This document shows, piece after piece, positions 38,001 through 50,256 of a DNA stretch of 64,000 bases (positions within the stretch are counted from its first letter, which is position 1; each line of letters starts with the position of its first letter). The stretch covers positions 186,001 to 250,000 of the forward strand of contig JAQGDQ010000281.1 of assembly GCA_030141605.1 (NCBI GenBank), given 5' to 3'. A program made the translations under genes and the position numbers. Below the pieces are notes generated by a model that was not told where the DNA came from, searched no databases, and saw nothing but the letters and a program-made list of their open reading frames with translations. This DNA comes from Tubiluchus corallicola (Eukaryota; Animalia; Priapulida).

Positions 38001-41000
38001 TGCTGAAGTCTGCACAGCGCACAAACTTCGCGTGGCCAATGACAAAATTATCATTATCATCATATGCCCTTTACGTCTATTGTAGACACTGGGCGGGCAG
38101 AACTCTAAAATAAACGAAATCTGCCCTCAAGACAGGTGAACACAACAGTAATCCAGCAAAAAACAAGGCACTGCTAATAAATAGTCTGCTACGCCAGTGG
38201 ATTGTCAACACCAGAGCCAGCTCTGTAACACAATAAGAAATCGCCGATATATTGATGCCGTATCCCGTGAGTCCGTAACATGGACTTACGCAAAATGAAT
38301 CATGGCTTTTGTACGACCCGTTCATCTACGTAAGAATTATTTTCGATGAAAAATGTGAGTACTGAGTAAAAGAAAAAGCAAATTAATGATGACGATGGTA
38401 ACAAAATGTTGCTAATCATCTTAAGTTTGCTAAAGATAGTTTAAGACTGCATCAATAAGATATGTAACTGTGCAGCAGGCATGTCAATTAATCTCGTGCA
38501 GTGGATAAGCTGACTATAATTATTTTAGTGTAGGCCCACAAACTAGGATATAGGTGTGCAGTGTTTAAGTCTGTTTTACATCTTCCTTAATGACATTTTT
38601 ATGCGAGTTGAGTCTCCGTTTATCCTGGACCAGTTAGCAAGTCCAATAAAAGACAAGTTCAAATCAGCAGCCGATCATTAGAAGTTGGTTGGTTGAGCCC
38701 AGGGATAAAGTTACTAATATGGGCACAACAGACTAGACATCGAGGTGATGCAAACTAAGACATATTTTCACGTATTGGTCGACAATGGACGATGGAAGTT
38801 GTTGGAATTAAACTCATCAGTCTCAATCATTAAGGATCTGACTTGAAAAACTTGGAAATAGGATAGCCTTCATAATAACTAATACTAATAAATAATGACA
38901 TTTTTCAGCCTTGCAACATAAATTATCTTCCTCATTGAAAATACGTTACTTGAGTCAGCCATTAATTGCCATGGCGGTGACCTATCCCTTTCAATAACGG
39001 CTAGGCAGAGTCGTTTTGCTGTGTCATTATTAGTTTTTTAGATCACGAAGTATTTACTTACTTGGTTTCTAGGCCAAATATATGAACCACTTCAAGGTCG
39101 TTGTTAATAGAAAGTACTCCGTGAGGTACGTGGATTACTGATCACTTGTGGTGCATGTTGTGTTATGGCTTGTCTTTGTTAATTAGACTAAGTACTATGC
39201 TAAAGGTACAGTAAAGGATTTATATACATATGTTGGAAACATGATTTTTTAAAGATAGAATAATGACAACATGAATGTCAGCGACGTCTGCTAGATGAGT
39301 GCAAGTAGTTCTGGTGATAGATCTCATGAATAATTGTATTAATTTCGTTGTGTGTGTAATAGCGTGCTTTTCATATTGGACTTTCAATTTTTTTAATTTT
39401 CAAGAAGTAGCAAATTCGCGTGTCTGGAATAAGCAGCATCAGTAAAACTAGTATTTTATTATGTGGAATCTGATTTACGTTTGCCTGCACGATATTGATG
39501 CCTTGTTCTCTGTGCCACTTGGCCTATAGGTATCACCGATATTTGATCCTAAAAATGAAGAATTGATCCAAACATTCACTAATCCTACTGCAACGATGAA
39601 CGATTGGCCTCGGAACGCAGTAGGCTGAGGGATCGATGGCTTAGGAAGTTAACAGACTGTTAAACGCGTGATGTGAGAACAAGTATATCTCTAAAATAAT
39701 GATTTGCGATAGTTGAAAAATCACTGGAACACATTTGTGATGAAAATTCCTTAAAGTTCCCAAAAGTATTCCAAGTTCAATCTCACAACTCAGGGTCCAT
39801 ACCCAAGAGCAAAATATTTGCATTTTCAAGATTCTCAATTAACAGCTAAATATTGGTATTAAAAAAACATGGAAGTCTGTAATATAAATTATACATTGAG
39901 AACAAAAATTGAGTATTAGATAGGATTTCCTTTAATATTGAAAGCTTTCAGTTCCAGTACTATGCAGGACTATCACCTGACTATACCTGGACTAGTGTGG
40001 TTTGATGTCTGGGTATCAAAAATTGGTTTGCTGATTTAGTGCCAAAAATTGTAGATGGCTTCACTCTTGTGAAAAAAAATCCAATTTAACTCAAAGCCAT
40101 AGGAACAGTTGAGCGACAATAAGAAAACTGACCAAAGTCCAGTGTCCTTGACTTTTTCACCAAGATCTACATTCACCACAACCTTACCCATCTTCACATA
40201 CATGCAAATTGGTTTGCTGGTCTAGTGTCAAAATTTGTAGATGGCTACACTATAGAGAAAAAAATCCAATTTAAAGCCTTAGGAACAGTTGAGTGACAAT
40301 AAAAAACTGATCAAGGTCCAGTGTCCTTGACAGTTTCCCCGAGACCTCCATTCACCACAACCTTACCCACCTACACATACATGAAAAAACAGTTTGCAAA
40401 TATATATAAATGACCTTAGCACTCTGCATATGAGTGGCCAAGCCGTTTGAGCTAATTTTCATTAACGAAAAAAACTGATCGATGGCCAGTGTCTTTGACT
40501 CTTTGACTGAGGTCGTCATTTAACGTTATCATTGACAAGACCTGAATGCAGGTGTCTACCCTGCAAGTTTCGTGACTTTTTCTAGGTCTCTGTGTTTGCG
40601 AATTGACGTGTACTAGATGTGAATACCTAACAAAACTCGATGCCTAAGATAAACAAATCAGTGCAAGAGTATTCTGTATTCTTATATAAGCTAAGGTTGT
40701 GGATAAAAAGCAACAAGAGACACCTTTACACAAATGTCATAGTAAATATGCTAGCCGGAAGGTGCTAAGCCCCATTTAAGGGGTTTTTAAAAAGAAGTTT
40801 GTTTAAAGCTTAAATTAATCATGTAATTAATGAATGTTAACAAATGAATGTTAGTTTATATGGCACCATTATGCACATGTCTACACGTATACAAAAACAC
40901 TTGTTAAGCACCTGTATAATTAGCATTATATCTTAGCGTGCTCTCTGATTCGTGTAATGTCTTGGAAAAATATCTTAGAAAAATACGCGCATAACTAAGT

Positions 41001-41557
41001 AAATCAAAAGATGTGCAATGCAAATTTTTAGTCTTGCAAATGCTGCTTTACATAATAAGTTTTGTAGACCGATAACTGCCGTTAGGCATATAAGTCTAGT
41101 CTGCACTATGGATCTATGCATGTGGTTCAGGGAACGGCTTTTCAAGCATTAGACTTTTAAAATTCCCACGCCTTTGTGACGAGCATAAAGGACGTACGGG
41201 AATGAAAAAAAAACTCAAATGTTTTAGGAAAGTAAATTGACAGGAAAGCAAGCATCGGTAGGTTGGTAAGAGAGTTATTATATTTTTTAATTTGAAGTTT
41301 CAAGTCTGACCAATGTAATTTCCAAATGAAAGTCCAGCAATAATTTATTACACCTAGTGTGTAGCTACTTTCACCTAACAATCAAGGCACGCCCTTTTGA
41401 CTATCGCTTTAGCGGCAGATAAAGTAATAATAAATTTAACAAATTTTGCAAAACTTACGTGTCTTAGTTCATGATCTCCAGATATTGCATCCATTAGTGT
41501 CTGACCATCAGCATATAAACATATCACAGCAAATATGAGAATGTTTAGCAGCGCCAT
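25855..41557 (-). CDS. Fasciclin-1-like cell-surface adhesion protein, 13 coding exons, about 849 aa (signal peptide + 4 FAS1 domains + GPI-anchor-like C-terminus)
   Basis: Manually spliced exons: 41557-41459, 36263-36101, 35175-35012, 34661-34501, 33943-33460, 32877-32730, 32160-31983, 31361-31199, 30678-30336, 29569-29422, 28807-28636, 27587-27464, 26057-25855. All introns are GT..AG, phases match (0,1,0,2,0,1,2,0,1,2,0,1) and the total of 2550 nt is open. Four FAS1 H1 motifs (TVFAPTDEA, TMFLPNDQAF, TFFVPSNYAF, TVFAPSNEAF) and four H2 motifs (NGVLHKIDRVL, NGVVHIIDNVL, NGVIHVIDSLL, NGYIYIINRVL). The architecture matches insect Fasciclin I (established knowledge). Confidence 0.93.
27464..27587 (-). 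CDS. Fasciclin-like exon 12
   Basis: VLKTHIVRGQILTIDSMRGQMQLGTMNGKTVTVREDGYNRN; phase 0->1. Confidence 0.92.
28636..28807 (-). CDS. Fasciclin-like exon 11 (FAS1-4 H1)
   Basis: DLERYIEKTGFELRNILSAEYERFTVFAPSNEAFREM...VLEY; phase 2->0. Confidence 0.94.
29422..29569 (-). CDS. Fasciclin-like exon 10 (FAS1-3 H2)
   Basis: YYVNGDGIWAETLMPNLGTTNGVIHVIDSLLGFPYLSIWQKIEEERYL; phase 1->2. Confidence 0.94.
30336..30678 (-). CDS. Fasciclin-like exon 9 (Gly/Arg/Asp/Gln/Tyr-rich insert)
   Basis: LMSLHMSPGRVYLRN...LRFMVIQNGTAI; TTTTAG acceptor, GTGAGT donor; phase 0->1. Confidence 0.9.
31199..31361 (-). CDS. Fasciclin-like exon 8 (FAS1-3 H1)
   Basis: KLWTEIF...QQMTFFVPSNYAFERIP...RVIQ; TGCAG acceptor, CAG|GTATAA donor; phase 2->0. 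Confidence 0.92.
31983..32160 (-). CDS. Fasciclin-like exon 7 (FAS1-2 H2)
   Basis: (Y)YVASS...PNIAVDNGVVHIIDNVLGYIYRNTEETIQTHRNM; phase 1->2. Confidence 0.93.
32730..32877 (-). CDS. Fasciclin-like exon 6
   Basis: VLQAHIIRGYVVFTNNFDKSQIYDGYSQSDGVKLHFEQRGNLSENIPIE (FAS1 YH-type motif AHII); phase 0->1. Confidence 0.9.
33460..33943 (-). CDS. Fasciclin-like exon 5 (Pro/Gln/Gly-rich insert + FAS1-2 H1)
   Basis: Lies within ORF 33403..33984; TTTCAG acceptor, AAG|GTAAGT donor; contains LTMFLPNDQAF. Confidence 0.92.
34501..34661 (-). CDS. Fasciclin-like exon 4 (FAS1-1 H2)
   Basis: RIHVNQAFVYFPQIDANNGVLHKIDRVLFPIGVGETIWGLILDQNNLYQNYQL; canonical sites, phase 0->2. Confidence 0.93.
35012..35175 (-). 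CDS. Fasciclin-like exon 3
   Basis: TTTCAG acceptor, GTAAGT donor, phase 1->0; (L)NDRFTRQDFLVNQLRNFSLATLAPKSAPVWITVVDPPFVPGFQVSQYGINPTQK. Confidence 0.88.
36101..36263 (-). CDS. Fasciclin-like exon 2 (FAS1-1 H1)
   Basis: TTTTGCTTTTAG acceptor; FQNYAQKYLKNQLSEPGYTYTVFAPTDEAINIYLKEHGNDARELDSLRTWNYHL; GTAAGT donor. Not in the ORF track. Confidence 0.92.
37396..37542. repeat. 44-bp-arm inverted repeat (MITE-like hairpin)
   Basis: ATTTATAGTTAAAACAACACAACTTTATTAAAACTTTTACTTTA (37396-37439) pairs with 37499-37542 with 3 mismatches; 59-nt spacer. Confidence 0.85.
40020..40520. repeat. About 185-bp tandem repeat (2 full copies + partial) in fasciclin intron 1
   Basis: AATTGGTTTGCTG..TAGTG.CAAAA.TTGTAGATGGCT...AAATCCAATTTAA...AGGAACAGTTGAG.GACAAT...GTCCAGTGTCCTTGAC...ATTCACCACAACCTTACCCA..CACATACATG at about 40020-40205 and 40206-40383; partial third copy near 40470. 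Confidence 0.85.
41459..41557 (-). CDS. Fasciclin-like gene coding exon 1 (signal peptide)
   Basis: ATG at 41557; MALLNILIFAVICLYADG|QTLMDAISGDHELRH has a hydrophobic signal with an A-x-G cleavage site; donor GTAAGT; 99 nt, phase 0. Confidence 0.88.
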
Positions 41558-42040
41558 GTTACCTGCATGGAGGTGTGTGCGCACACCTTGTTGTTCCACG
41601 CAGGTGAAGCGCAATGCTTTGACAGGTATTTTCAAACAGGTAGGACGCTGCGCATACACAATGGACAGCGATACGTATGTGGGGAATGCTGGAGCTATTT
41701 AGATTAGCGTGTGCACTCCCTATTTGCTCCCTGTTTTCAGCAATATTGTAATTAAAAGATGATTATTACAGAAGTCGAAAAAGTAGTTTAAAGAAATCTT
41801 TACCAACCCATTATTGTTATTTTTTATTTTTAAACTAAGAGAAACTGATTTTATATTTCTAAATAGCCTGTTATGCTCATTGTAATTTAGTAGAGTTTTA
41901 TATGTATTCTGAAAGAAAAATATTAGTTGGTACAAATATCTCGAGGATGACCGCTAGAAAGCAGTTGAAACGTCGTTTAATAGAATAATAAAGATATATT
42001 GTGTAATTGAACCAACAATGTAGGTTAGTATATGTATATG

Positions 42041-42079
<39 letters not shown>

Positions 42080-45000
42080 TAAATAAGAAAATCATTAACA
42101 AATCAAGCCATGAACGAACAAATTAATGAATGAACGTCTGAATGGACAAAAATTAAACGGCAATAAATGCACGAAGGTGTGTACTTGTATAAGATTTGTT
42201 GCGCACATATAGATCCGGTATCCAGGACTCACCGATAAGCCTACTTGTCATGATGCTGGATGTGGAAGGACCAGAATCTAGCCAATTATCAAGAATAATC
42301 CTCTAAGACAAGATTACGCTGGGAGAGGTGTCCTAGCCTATTTTGGACTCTTATTTTGGCCTATTGAATTAGATAGAAGGCGGTAGTTTAGCCCGCGAAA
42401 CTGTCCAGAAACATTTAACCTCGTAATTGTGTATCAAAGAGGCCTAACTTTGGTCACTAAGCGCACACTTTGACCACCCGATCAGATAATCTCCTCGCAA
42501 ACATTACATACATGAAAAGTTGTCCAGATGATTGTAAAGATTTTGAGTTTGAAAATTCTGACAAACGATAAAACGGAGTGCAGGGAGCTTTCATGAGAGT
42601 AAGAATGAATGATGAAAAGGATACTACGTTGATGTTAAAAGTTAGAGACAATGTTGATTCGATCAGCAGTTTCCATCGTTTTCTGGCCACATAAACACAG
42701 TCCCTGCGATTGGCTTAATCAGAGCGCATGGACACATTTCTCCAGAGTATCAGGTAGTAAACTGAAGACGTGATCAGTTACATGAACAAAGCAGGTATAA
42801 TGTTCTTTGATTTTCAAAATGGTGGATTGATTATGTCATCATCCAGGTGATCCAGATTTCAAAATATAAGAATGGCAGACAGGTGCGTCTCATGATCTCT
42901 CTACTGGCTGCCATTTTGATAATCTAGATTATATTTCTGATTTATGTACAAGTGGCTCTGTAATAAGTAGAATGGTTTTGTAGATTGTGCAGTGGTGCAC
43001 TGTAATTATGTAGAATATTTGATTGGCTGGATGAAAATGACACCATACAACGTTTGAGCAATACCTCAGAAAATAAAACAATAAAAGTTGTACATTATTA
43101 GTTTTTCAGCTATGTAAATATTTATTAAACCATGAAAAAGAAACAGTATACATATAATAAAGTGTGCTATATTCAAAAACGAGAATATATTTAGTGCTGC
43201 ATATTTACAGTAAGGTGAGAGAGAGGTCTATGTACAGTACACACGAAACTCCTAAATACTTAGAAGAACGTATATATAGCTTACTTAACCATGGCGCGCC
43301 ACGCACGCCTAAAATTTTTAATTTGTAGCAATTTATAATTAACCTAAATAAGTGCAAGTTACCATAGTTAGTGCACGACTCTATATGAACGATACAAGCT
43401 TATAATTACACATGTAACAAATAATAAAGGTGAAAATAGACATACACAGTTGCGGTACTACCCATAATTACACACTAGTCACACTAATTAATTAGTACCA
43501 ATACTATATAATTCATACATGTGTTACACACTGTCTGTAATTTTTATATACACTATGTATAAGATTTGTCGCTGGATTCTTACTTTTTATAAAGAGCGTC
43601 ATTCTGGTTTAACCAACATAGTAGATATTACATATAAAAGTCCCGCTCCTACCGACTCTCAAAAACGCACGTACTGCCATATTTTTTCAATTGTTTATTT
43701 CTCAGTAAGTAGGCTTACTGTAGGCTGGCCATCGAATTTTGCAGTTAGTATAACAACATAAATTATCACTAAAATAAAAACCTTAAAGTGACATTTAAAA
43801 ATATAAACTCATTTGTACAATGTATTTACTTTATGAACTGGTCTCAGTGATTCGTTAAGGGAATAATTAAGTCACATAATAAGGTACATTTTGTAATAGT
43901 AATAATTTAATGTATACGCTTATTCCCAACTTCTCTTGCGTTGTCCTAAAGAGAAAGAAAGTCTATTTATAAAGAGTTTTAATACAGTGTATACTGATGA
44001 TGACCACGATATTTCCGAATATTAGACGTACTACAGAAAATTACACGTAAATATTTCGGCATTAAATCAACAGTAAAGTAATCAGTATAAGCTTTGATTA
44101 ATGTTCAAAAGCATTGATTATTTATCATTTAAAGATTTTAGTATTAAAATAATAATGAAAAAAAAATTAATGAAAAATTCTAATCTATCGTATAGCTTGG
44201 TTTCATCGTTATTACTAATACCTCACAATATGCACTTTGTCGCCCTAAACCGCAGTAAGACCATCTCAATAGGTCCTTTCGTTAACAGTAGTATAATAAT
44301 TAGAAAAATACACGTAGGCTCGTGTGAGGTACGTGTGAGGCTCCATGCACATAAAAACTATTAAACTAATACACCTAAATTTAAAGAAGGTAATAATACT
44401 AATCCTTAAAGATTTTGCAATAATTATTTCATATCGGTCAATCAGCTGGAAATGACCTGTTTCAATGTATTAACGGAGTGTAATATTATTATTTTTCATT
44501 ATTTATGACGTCTTATTGACACCCTCAAAACCACGCTGTCCTAAAGTACGTAATGCTGGATTTAAAAATAGATATGAAATGTTAAACGCTTAATTGAAAG
44601 TGCAATTCCCCAGGATGCAGTGAAACGATTTAACCAGGAGACATAATGACATCCCATTTACTTGTTAATGGCAATGACTTAAAACCAAAGCAGTCACGGT
44701 AAAAGTCGTCTGGAACAGCAAAGCCTTGGTTTTCCAAATTTTCAATAACAGGAATGGATAGTAAGCCATACTTCAATACAATTTTTCATACTAAATAGAT
44801 TTGTTGCATTCGAAGAATCCCTATTCTTCTCATTTCACTGCAAAGTGTGCTGCATCATATCAGATTTTTAAAACCAAAGTTGAACGAACAAAGAAGGAAA
44901 ATATATAACTGAGCCCGGATTTAATTCAGGGATATTGAGATTACCACTTATGAGTTTAACACCATGACCACTAAATACAGAGCGCCTGTTGTCGATAGCA

Positions 45001-46698
45001 GGTCTTAACAGCTCATCAACTAAGACAACAATCTCAATTAATGTTAATTTGATCGTGTTAGAATACTAAGTAACTGATTAAATTAACTTTTGCTGTTATT
45101 TAGCGTCCTGAAAATAATAATTAAAGATATAGTAATTTACTAATTACTCATAACTTCAATTTCAAGATTATCGCTAGTTTTAATGACGAACATGAACGTA
45201 GATATTTCTTAGTCAAACAGTAATCTGCTGTTTAATGACTATAATTTTTCATCAGGCAGTAATGACATCAAATTCCTTTAATTGGTAACATATTCTACCT
45301 GAGGTAGCCACACCCACAAAACGTCAAATTCTCCACGTATTCATGTTTTGAGCATTTTCATAATCGCCAATTTTTATACTAATCTAAATTCAAACATATA
45401 ATATGTACAGTTTTAGCAAATATTTACACAACTTTTCCATGATACAAGTGAACTTGTTAATGTATGGGCTCCGTTTTACATTATAGTTTTTATTTGTAAA
45501 CGTCATCGGCAGATGGCAGTACATAGTCACAGTCACAGGTCACAAAGAATGAAAATACTGAGAAGCCAGAAGTTAAAGTAAATGGTCAGGAAGGTGCAAT
45601 TAAATCAAAATTATTAAATTAAAATAATAGATTTGCAACTTGAATGTTTTTCAGAATGATCTAACTCTGCTTAGCAAAAACTTATCCAGGTACAGAAATA
45701 CTTCTACATTTTACCAAGCCCTTGCTATACATGTTAAATTTAAACGCAGAGGAACAGTAAGAGCTGCATGGTCAGATGCAACTATACGCTGACATCTCTA
45801 TATTAGAGTAAAGGTTAATCGAAATTCCCTAGGAGCTTCTGGCAAAAATAGTGCTATACTACATTTATTGCTGAAAACAAATCCATGCCGTCTAAAGTTT
45901 AAAATATTCCTATGGGTGGTGAGATACAGTATCAAAAATCAATGTAACTCAAAAACTTTAAGGGAAAAAACTGGAAGTAAAAAGAGAGCAGTAACTCGCT
46001 GATATCAGCACCTGATCCCGAATTAGCTGCATTTGGGAATAAAGGTTTTGGTAAACGTCAGCATAAGACTGTTGTCTGGTTCAGCTCATACAACGCAAAG
46101 ACATTATAAATATGGAAGTTATATTTTTTTAGACTTTGTATAAGTTTATGCTATCTGATAGGTTCATGCTATTTTGATTTGTTAGAGTGAACAGTTTATG
46201 CATTTGTTGCTGTCACACATTTTTTCTTGGAAGTTATTGCCAATTCTTGCTTTTTTGTATTTTTACCTATTCCCATTACTGGATACCATAATACTGTAAC
46301 AATAAAATTTGATTTATGCTTCATTTTACGAACGTTCAGCTTTCTTGCACACTTACATTCATTATTAGGTATTACTATTGTCATAAAGTAGTTTAGGTCT
46401 AGTTAAAACGTAGGCCTGATTGAAAATTGTTTAGCAATTTTGGTACAAGCTAGTTTGGTACAAATTTGGAAGTAACAAAATAGTCTGATTTGATTTGGGT
46501 TGGTAATGTTCAGTAGCCTCAGTTCAGATCAGTTTATAAAAAGGCAACTGGCACACGTTTAGAAGTTGGCCCTATCGAGCCTATGTTAAAAATTTGAATG
46601 TGCAGCTTTTAACAACTACCTTACTTAGTACCACAGAATGCGCTTGAATTCTTCATACGCTTGAATGCAAATAGATCGAAACCGTCTATATTTTATAA

Positions 46699-46908
46699 TT
46701 ACCAACAAGTTACAGTAGGGAAATCATCATTTTCATCTGATTTTCGTGTTTTTTCTTTAGTTTTACTTTTCTTAACTTTGGGAAATTCGATTTTATCGAA
46801 GTTGAGCCGTCCGGTTAAGTAATTTCCAAGCGCCTCTGGATCGTCAGAGCGATAATATTCCACCGCCAAGTGGCAGAAGTACTCATAATCTACTTTCTTC
46901 TGACCTTT
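46699..46908 (-). CDS. SCP/calexcitin-like terminal exon
   Basis: TTTTTTTCAG acceptor; 70 codons ending in TAA at 46701-46699. Not in the ORF track. Confidence 0.88.
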   Translation of the reverse strand, partial: KGQKKVDYEYFCHLAVEYYRSDDPEALGNYLTGRLNFDKIEFPKVKKSKTKEKTRKSDENDDFPTVTCW

Positions 46909-49900
46909 CTGAAAAAAAATGAACGAAAAAATCTCATTTCAGCAAAACTCAAACTAGGTTTTCTGTACGGAAAATATTTACGAATTTATTTTAAAAAAAG
47001 GTCAATATATTCTAAAAGCTTTCTTTAGAATGCGCCCCTAATAATGTTCTGGCTTCCAGAATGCTCTGCACCCAGTATTGAACAGAATTAGAGATTTGTA
47101 ATGGAGTCATCGTACGCGACTACGAGCATTAGGTTAGGAGAATTAGTAGAATTACATTATTAGGCGAATAAGAAGTCTCTTTATATGCAATGCCAAACTG
47201 TTCCTCCAGATTGCAAGACGAGCCTTTAGCTGATATATTGATAAATTACGAGTTTGTGTCAATTTGAATTTGTCAGACGAGTCTAAGACGGCCGCTTGCA
47301 AAACTTGCAATCGCACGTGAGTGGTGGCGTAGTCTCTGCGGAAGATACAAAATCAAAAATTTCAAACTTGCGCGTTCAGTGCACCTACTGCGAACTTCTC
47401 ATATTTTTGAAGTTTCACTGAAGAAAGAAAAAATGATGGAAGACGATCTAATTATGCATTCCTACTGAGAGGTGTTGATAATAAGCCAAATTCAAGGGTT
47501 TAGCAGTAAATTTTAGGAAATTGGCATGAATTCAATATACATATGAATTTGAAACACACGTTTCAAGTGCTTTCTTGAACATATACATTGGCCCACTGAA
47601 TTTAAGCAGGAAAATGAAAAAACCCGAAGAATACTGATCGCTTATCAGATTTGAAATTAGGCCTTCTGCACCCCCCCCTCCTTCCAGTTGCACGAACAAC
47701 TTTGCTAACTAGTAAGTTCGAAGAATGAAATGTTAATTCGTTAAGCTCAGAAATGAATATGTCTGCTCACTTTGAACATATAAATTAAACGCTTAAATTA
47801 AGTTACAGTAAATACTAGCACTTAAAACTGTAATCTGCTTACACACATACTTACTTACAGTTTTGTATTTTGATGTAGGATCGAATAACTTTTTAGTTGT
47901 CGATATGCGGCTTTGATTTCATTTGGAATACATTCAAGTACAATTCAGGCGTTTTTGAAGCAGTTTTAAAATTCTTTACGATGATATCACAAGCCTTTTA
48001 CTAACTTTTACCAATTCCCTATAGCAGAGTATATCAAAATTACTTTGCAGTTTATTTGCCCATTGCGATAGGGTTTAAAAGTTTGCATTTGTGATCAAAG
48101 CGTCATCTTCGCAATACATACAAATTAATATTTAGATTTAGTATAATCAACTGCAAATGATGATAGTCAATATGCTTTAAAATTCATGATAATTCATAGC
48201 GACATGTCATTCATTGAATTTACTGCGAATTTTGCAAAAAATAGATGCTTTTTAATTTTTTGTGAGAAAACATAGATTGGGAATAAATTACAAAATTGTT
48301 ATAAGAGATAGTTATTATTTTAATAGTAATTTAAAAAAATTAGTGGAGGTATATATTGTTAAATCTGTATACTGGACGTTGGTCAGAAGAACGTCAAGTT
48401 TCACTTTAAGGCTGAAGAATCCATGTCTTACCAGAGTAAATTTTTCCCAAGCCTTTCGAACGTCTTTGACAGGTACTCCAAACTTGGTCAGACAGTATTC
48501 GAACTCGTTTGCGTCTATTATACCATCACCTGTTAATAAAATCATGAGCATGACAAAATTTATCTTAGAAATTAACGATATGTTATTCATTATGGCTATG
48601 TTACATACAAAGTTATTCAACATCAACGTGACATCTAAACACATACACAGTCTGTTGGGCGAACCGATATTAATGTCATTATTGCTATACGGAATTAGCT
48701 CGGAATGAACCAAAAGTTTCTGGGTTCCGTCAACTGAATGCGATGTCTTTCGGTTGTTAGTCACAATAATGGTCATCCACCGATTATAACTCAGTCAAAG
48801 TTAATACGTTCGTCGAATTGGTCCACTACTAGATTAATGTAGTTCAGCAAGTTATGAAGTCTTAATAGCAAAGCAGCATTCTGAACAGTGTAAGCATGAG
48901 TGTTTCGTGGCAGTGCTTAGCCGATTTTTCCAGCTTTAGATAAAAGATTTTGGGCAATGTAATCGGCTTGGCTATCGTTAACTAATTATCAAGATCCATT
49001 ATTTGTATAGTATTTTTTTTTAATTTTAAGGTTATTCAAGAAAAAATTCCGTCCTAATAAAAAATTTGGAACTAAAACTCACAAGAAATTAGTCATTATC
49101 TATTAATATGTATTCTATCCTGCCTGCTAGAAAAACTACATAAAAAAGTTATTTTTCTGACTTATGCCCAAAAATTGAAAGAAAACAATTTATGGTGTTT
49201 TTTGTAGCATTTGGTACACGAAATAACATATCAAAAGTAGGCCGAAATTCGGGTGTCACAAAGGCTCTGATTATAACATCAAAAAGATGGCCGCTTTTTG
49301 ACCAAAATGAATGGGTATTTAGTCTATCTATCAGAATGGCAAAATAATGCTCATTTTGACTCAGAAACATGAAACTTTGCACAGTGCTAGAACCCATTAA
49401 TTGACCTTACTAATAGCATTAACTAAATTTGACAGAATTAACTGTTCTGCCACTTAGTTAATTTGAAAAAGAGTTAGTTGTTCACAGATCTACAAAAATG
49501 ACTTTTCTTAATTAAATTTGTAACGTGTTTGTCCTACGGATGCATTAACCCTAGTACGCGAAGCAGCTCAGTTCTCAGTTATCTGAAAATAAAAGTCAAT
49601 CGAGGCTGAAAATTTAACAGCTCTGAAAAAAAACCAGCTTTTACATTTACAAATTGTCAGTTTTTGCAACTTAAAACCAAATTTAAAATGTGACCCGCCT
49701 TAAATGACAAATTAGTCGTTAGAATAATAATTGCTATAATCAATTATTAAAAGCGTTTGCAATTTCATTTTCCGAACGAAAAATATTTCAAAAGGTTTTC
49801 GCTTCGTTAAAATGTTATTGAATGTAAAATTGATTAGGTTAAGTTACCGAGTTTGCGTTTCGCAAAACTTAGTTGATTCAGCAGATTGAATGTGAATTCA

Positions 49901-50256
49901 ATTAATTAGGTCATGATTACGCCTACAGCTGCGTTAAAAGTTGCTTGATTTATCAAGTAAAAGGCTTTTAGGGAAGATCGAGGATAAAGACGAGGAAATC
50001 AAATCGAGGACCAAGACAAGGAGGAGGAAAAAAGAGAAAGAACCTGTTCTGCTTTAGCTGGTTAGAAACACAATGACTGACCGAGCAATGAGTGACCATT
50101 CGATTTGGATAATCAATTAACATACTGGACAGTGGTCAACTTGCCTGACGTGTCATATACGTGGAATCTATATTCCAGGTATTTGTTCAACCAGCTTGGT
50201 AACTTGTCTGCATCATCGTCTGTGTACGCTCTATGAAAATCCTCCCACATTCGCAA
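46699..50256 (-). CDS. Sarcoplasmic calcium-binding protein / calexcitin-like EF-hand gene, 3' three exons only (partial)
   Basis: Exons 50256-50145, 48529-48432 and 46908-46699 splice in frame to LRMWEDFHRAYTDDDADKLPSWLNKYLEYRFHVYDTSGDGIIDANEFEYCLTKFGVPVKDVRKAWEKFTLKGQKKVDYEYFCHLAVEYYRSDDPEALGNYLTGRLNF...CW*. It has a canonical EF-hand loop (DTSGDGIIDANE) and the SCP/calexcitin C-terminal EYY-SDD---GN---G signature (family recognised from memory). Confidence 0.88.
48432..48529 (-). CDS. SCP/calexcitin-like internal exon (EF-hand)
   Basis: TTAACAG acceptor, CTG|GTAAGA donor; (G)DGIIDANEFEYCLTKFGVPVKDVRKAWEKFTL; phase 1->0. Confidence 0.9.
50145..50256 (-). CDS. SCP/calexcitin-like internal exon (GC donor)
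   Basis: Poly-T..ATACAG acceptor; 112 nt, phase 0->1; donor CAG|GCAAGT. Confidence 0.87.

Noticed and set aside
39062-39140. Minus-strand VIHVPHGVLSINNDLEVVHIFGLET ending at a GTAAGT, superficially like a FAS1 H2 motif
   Set aside because: In-frame TGA immediately upstream, weak acceptor, and phases incompatible with the phase-0 intron 1; exon 1 joins exon 2 cleanly without it.
40020-40520. Repeat arrays as a CRISPR-like locus
   Set aside because: Whole about 185-bp units are duplicated without unique spacers; eukaryotic context and no cas genes.
42233-42400. Possible 5'UTR exon of the fasciclin gene (minus-strand CG|GTGAGT donor at 42232; CATGCAG acceptor 6 nt before the ATG)
   Set aside because: Plausible but cannot be supported without transcript data.
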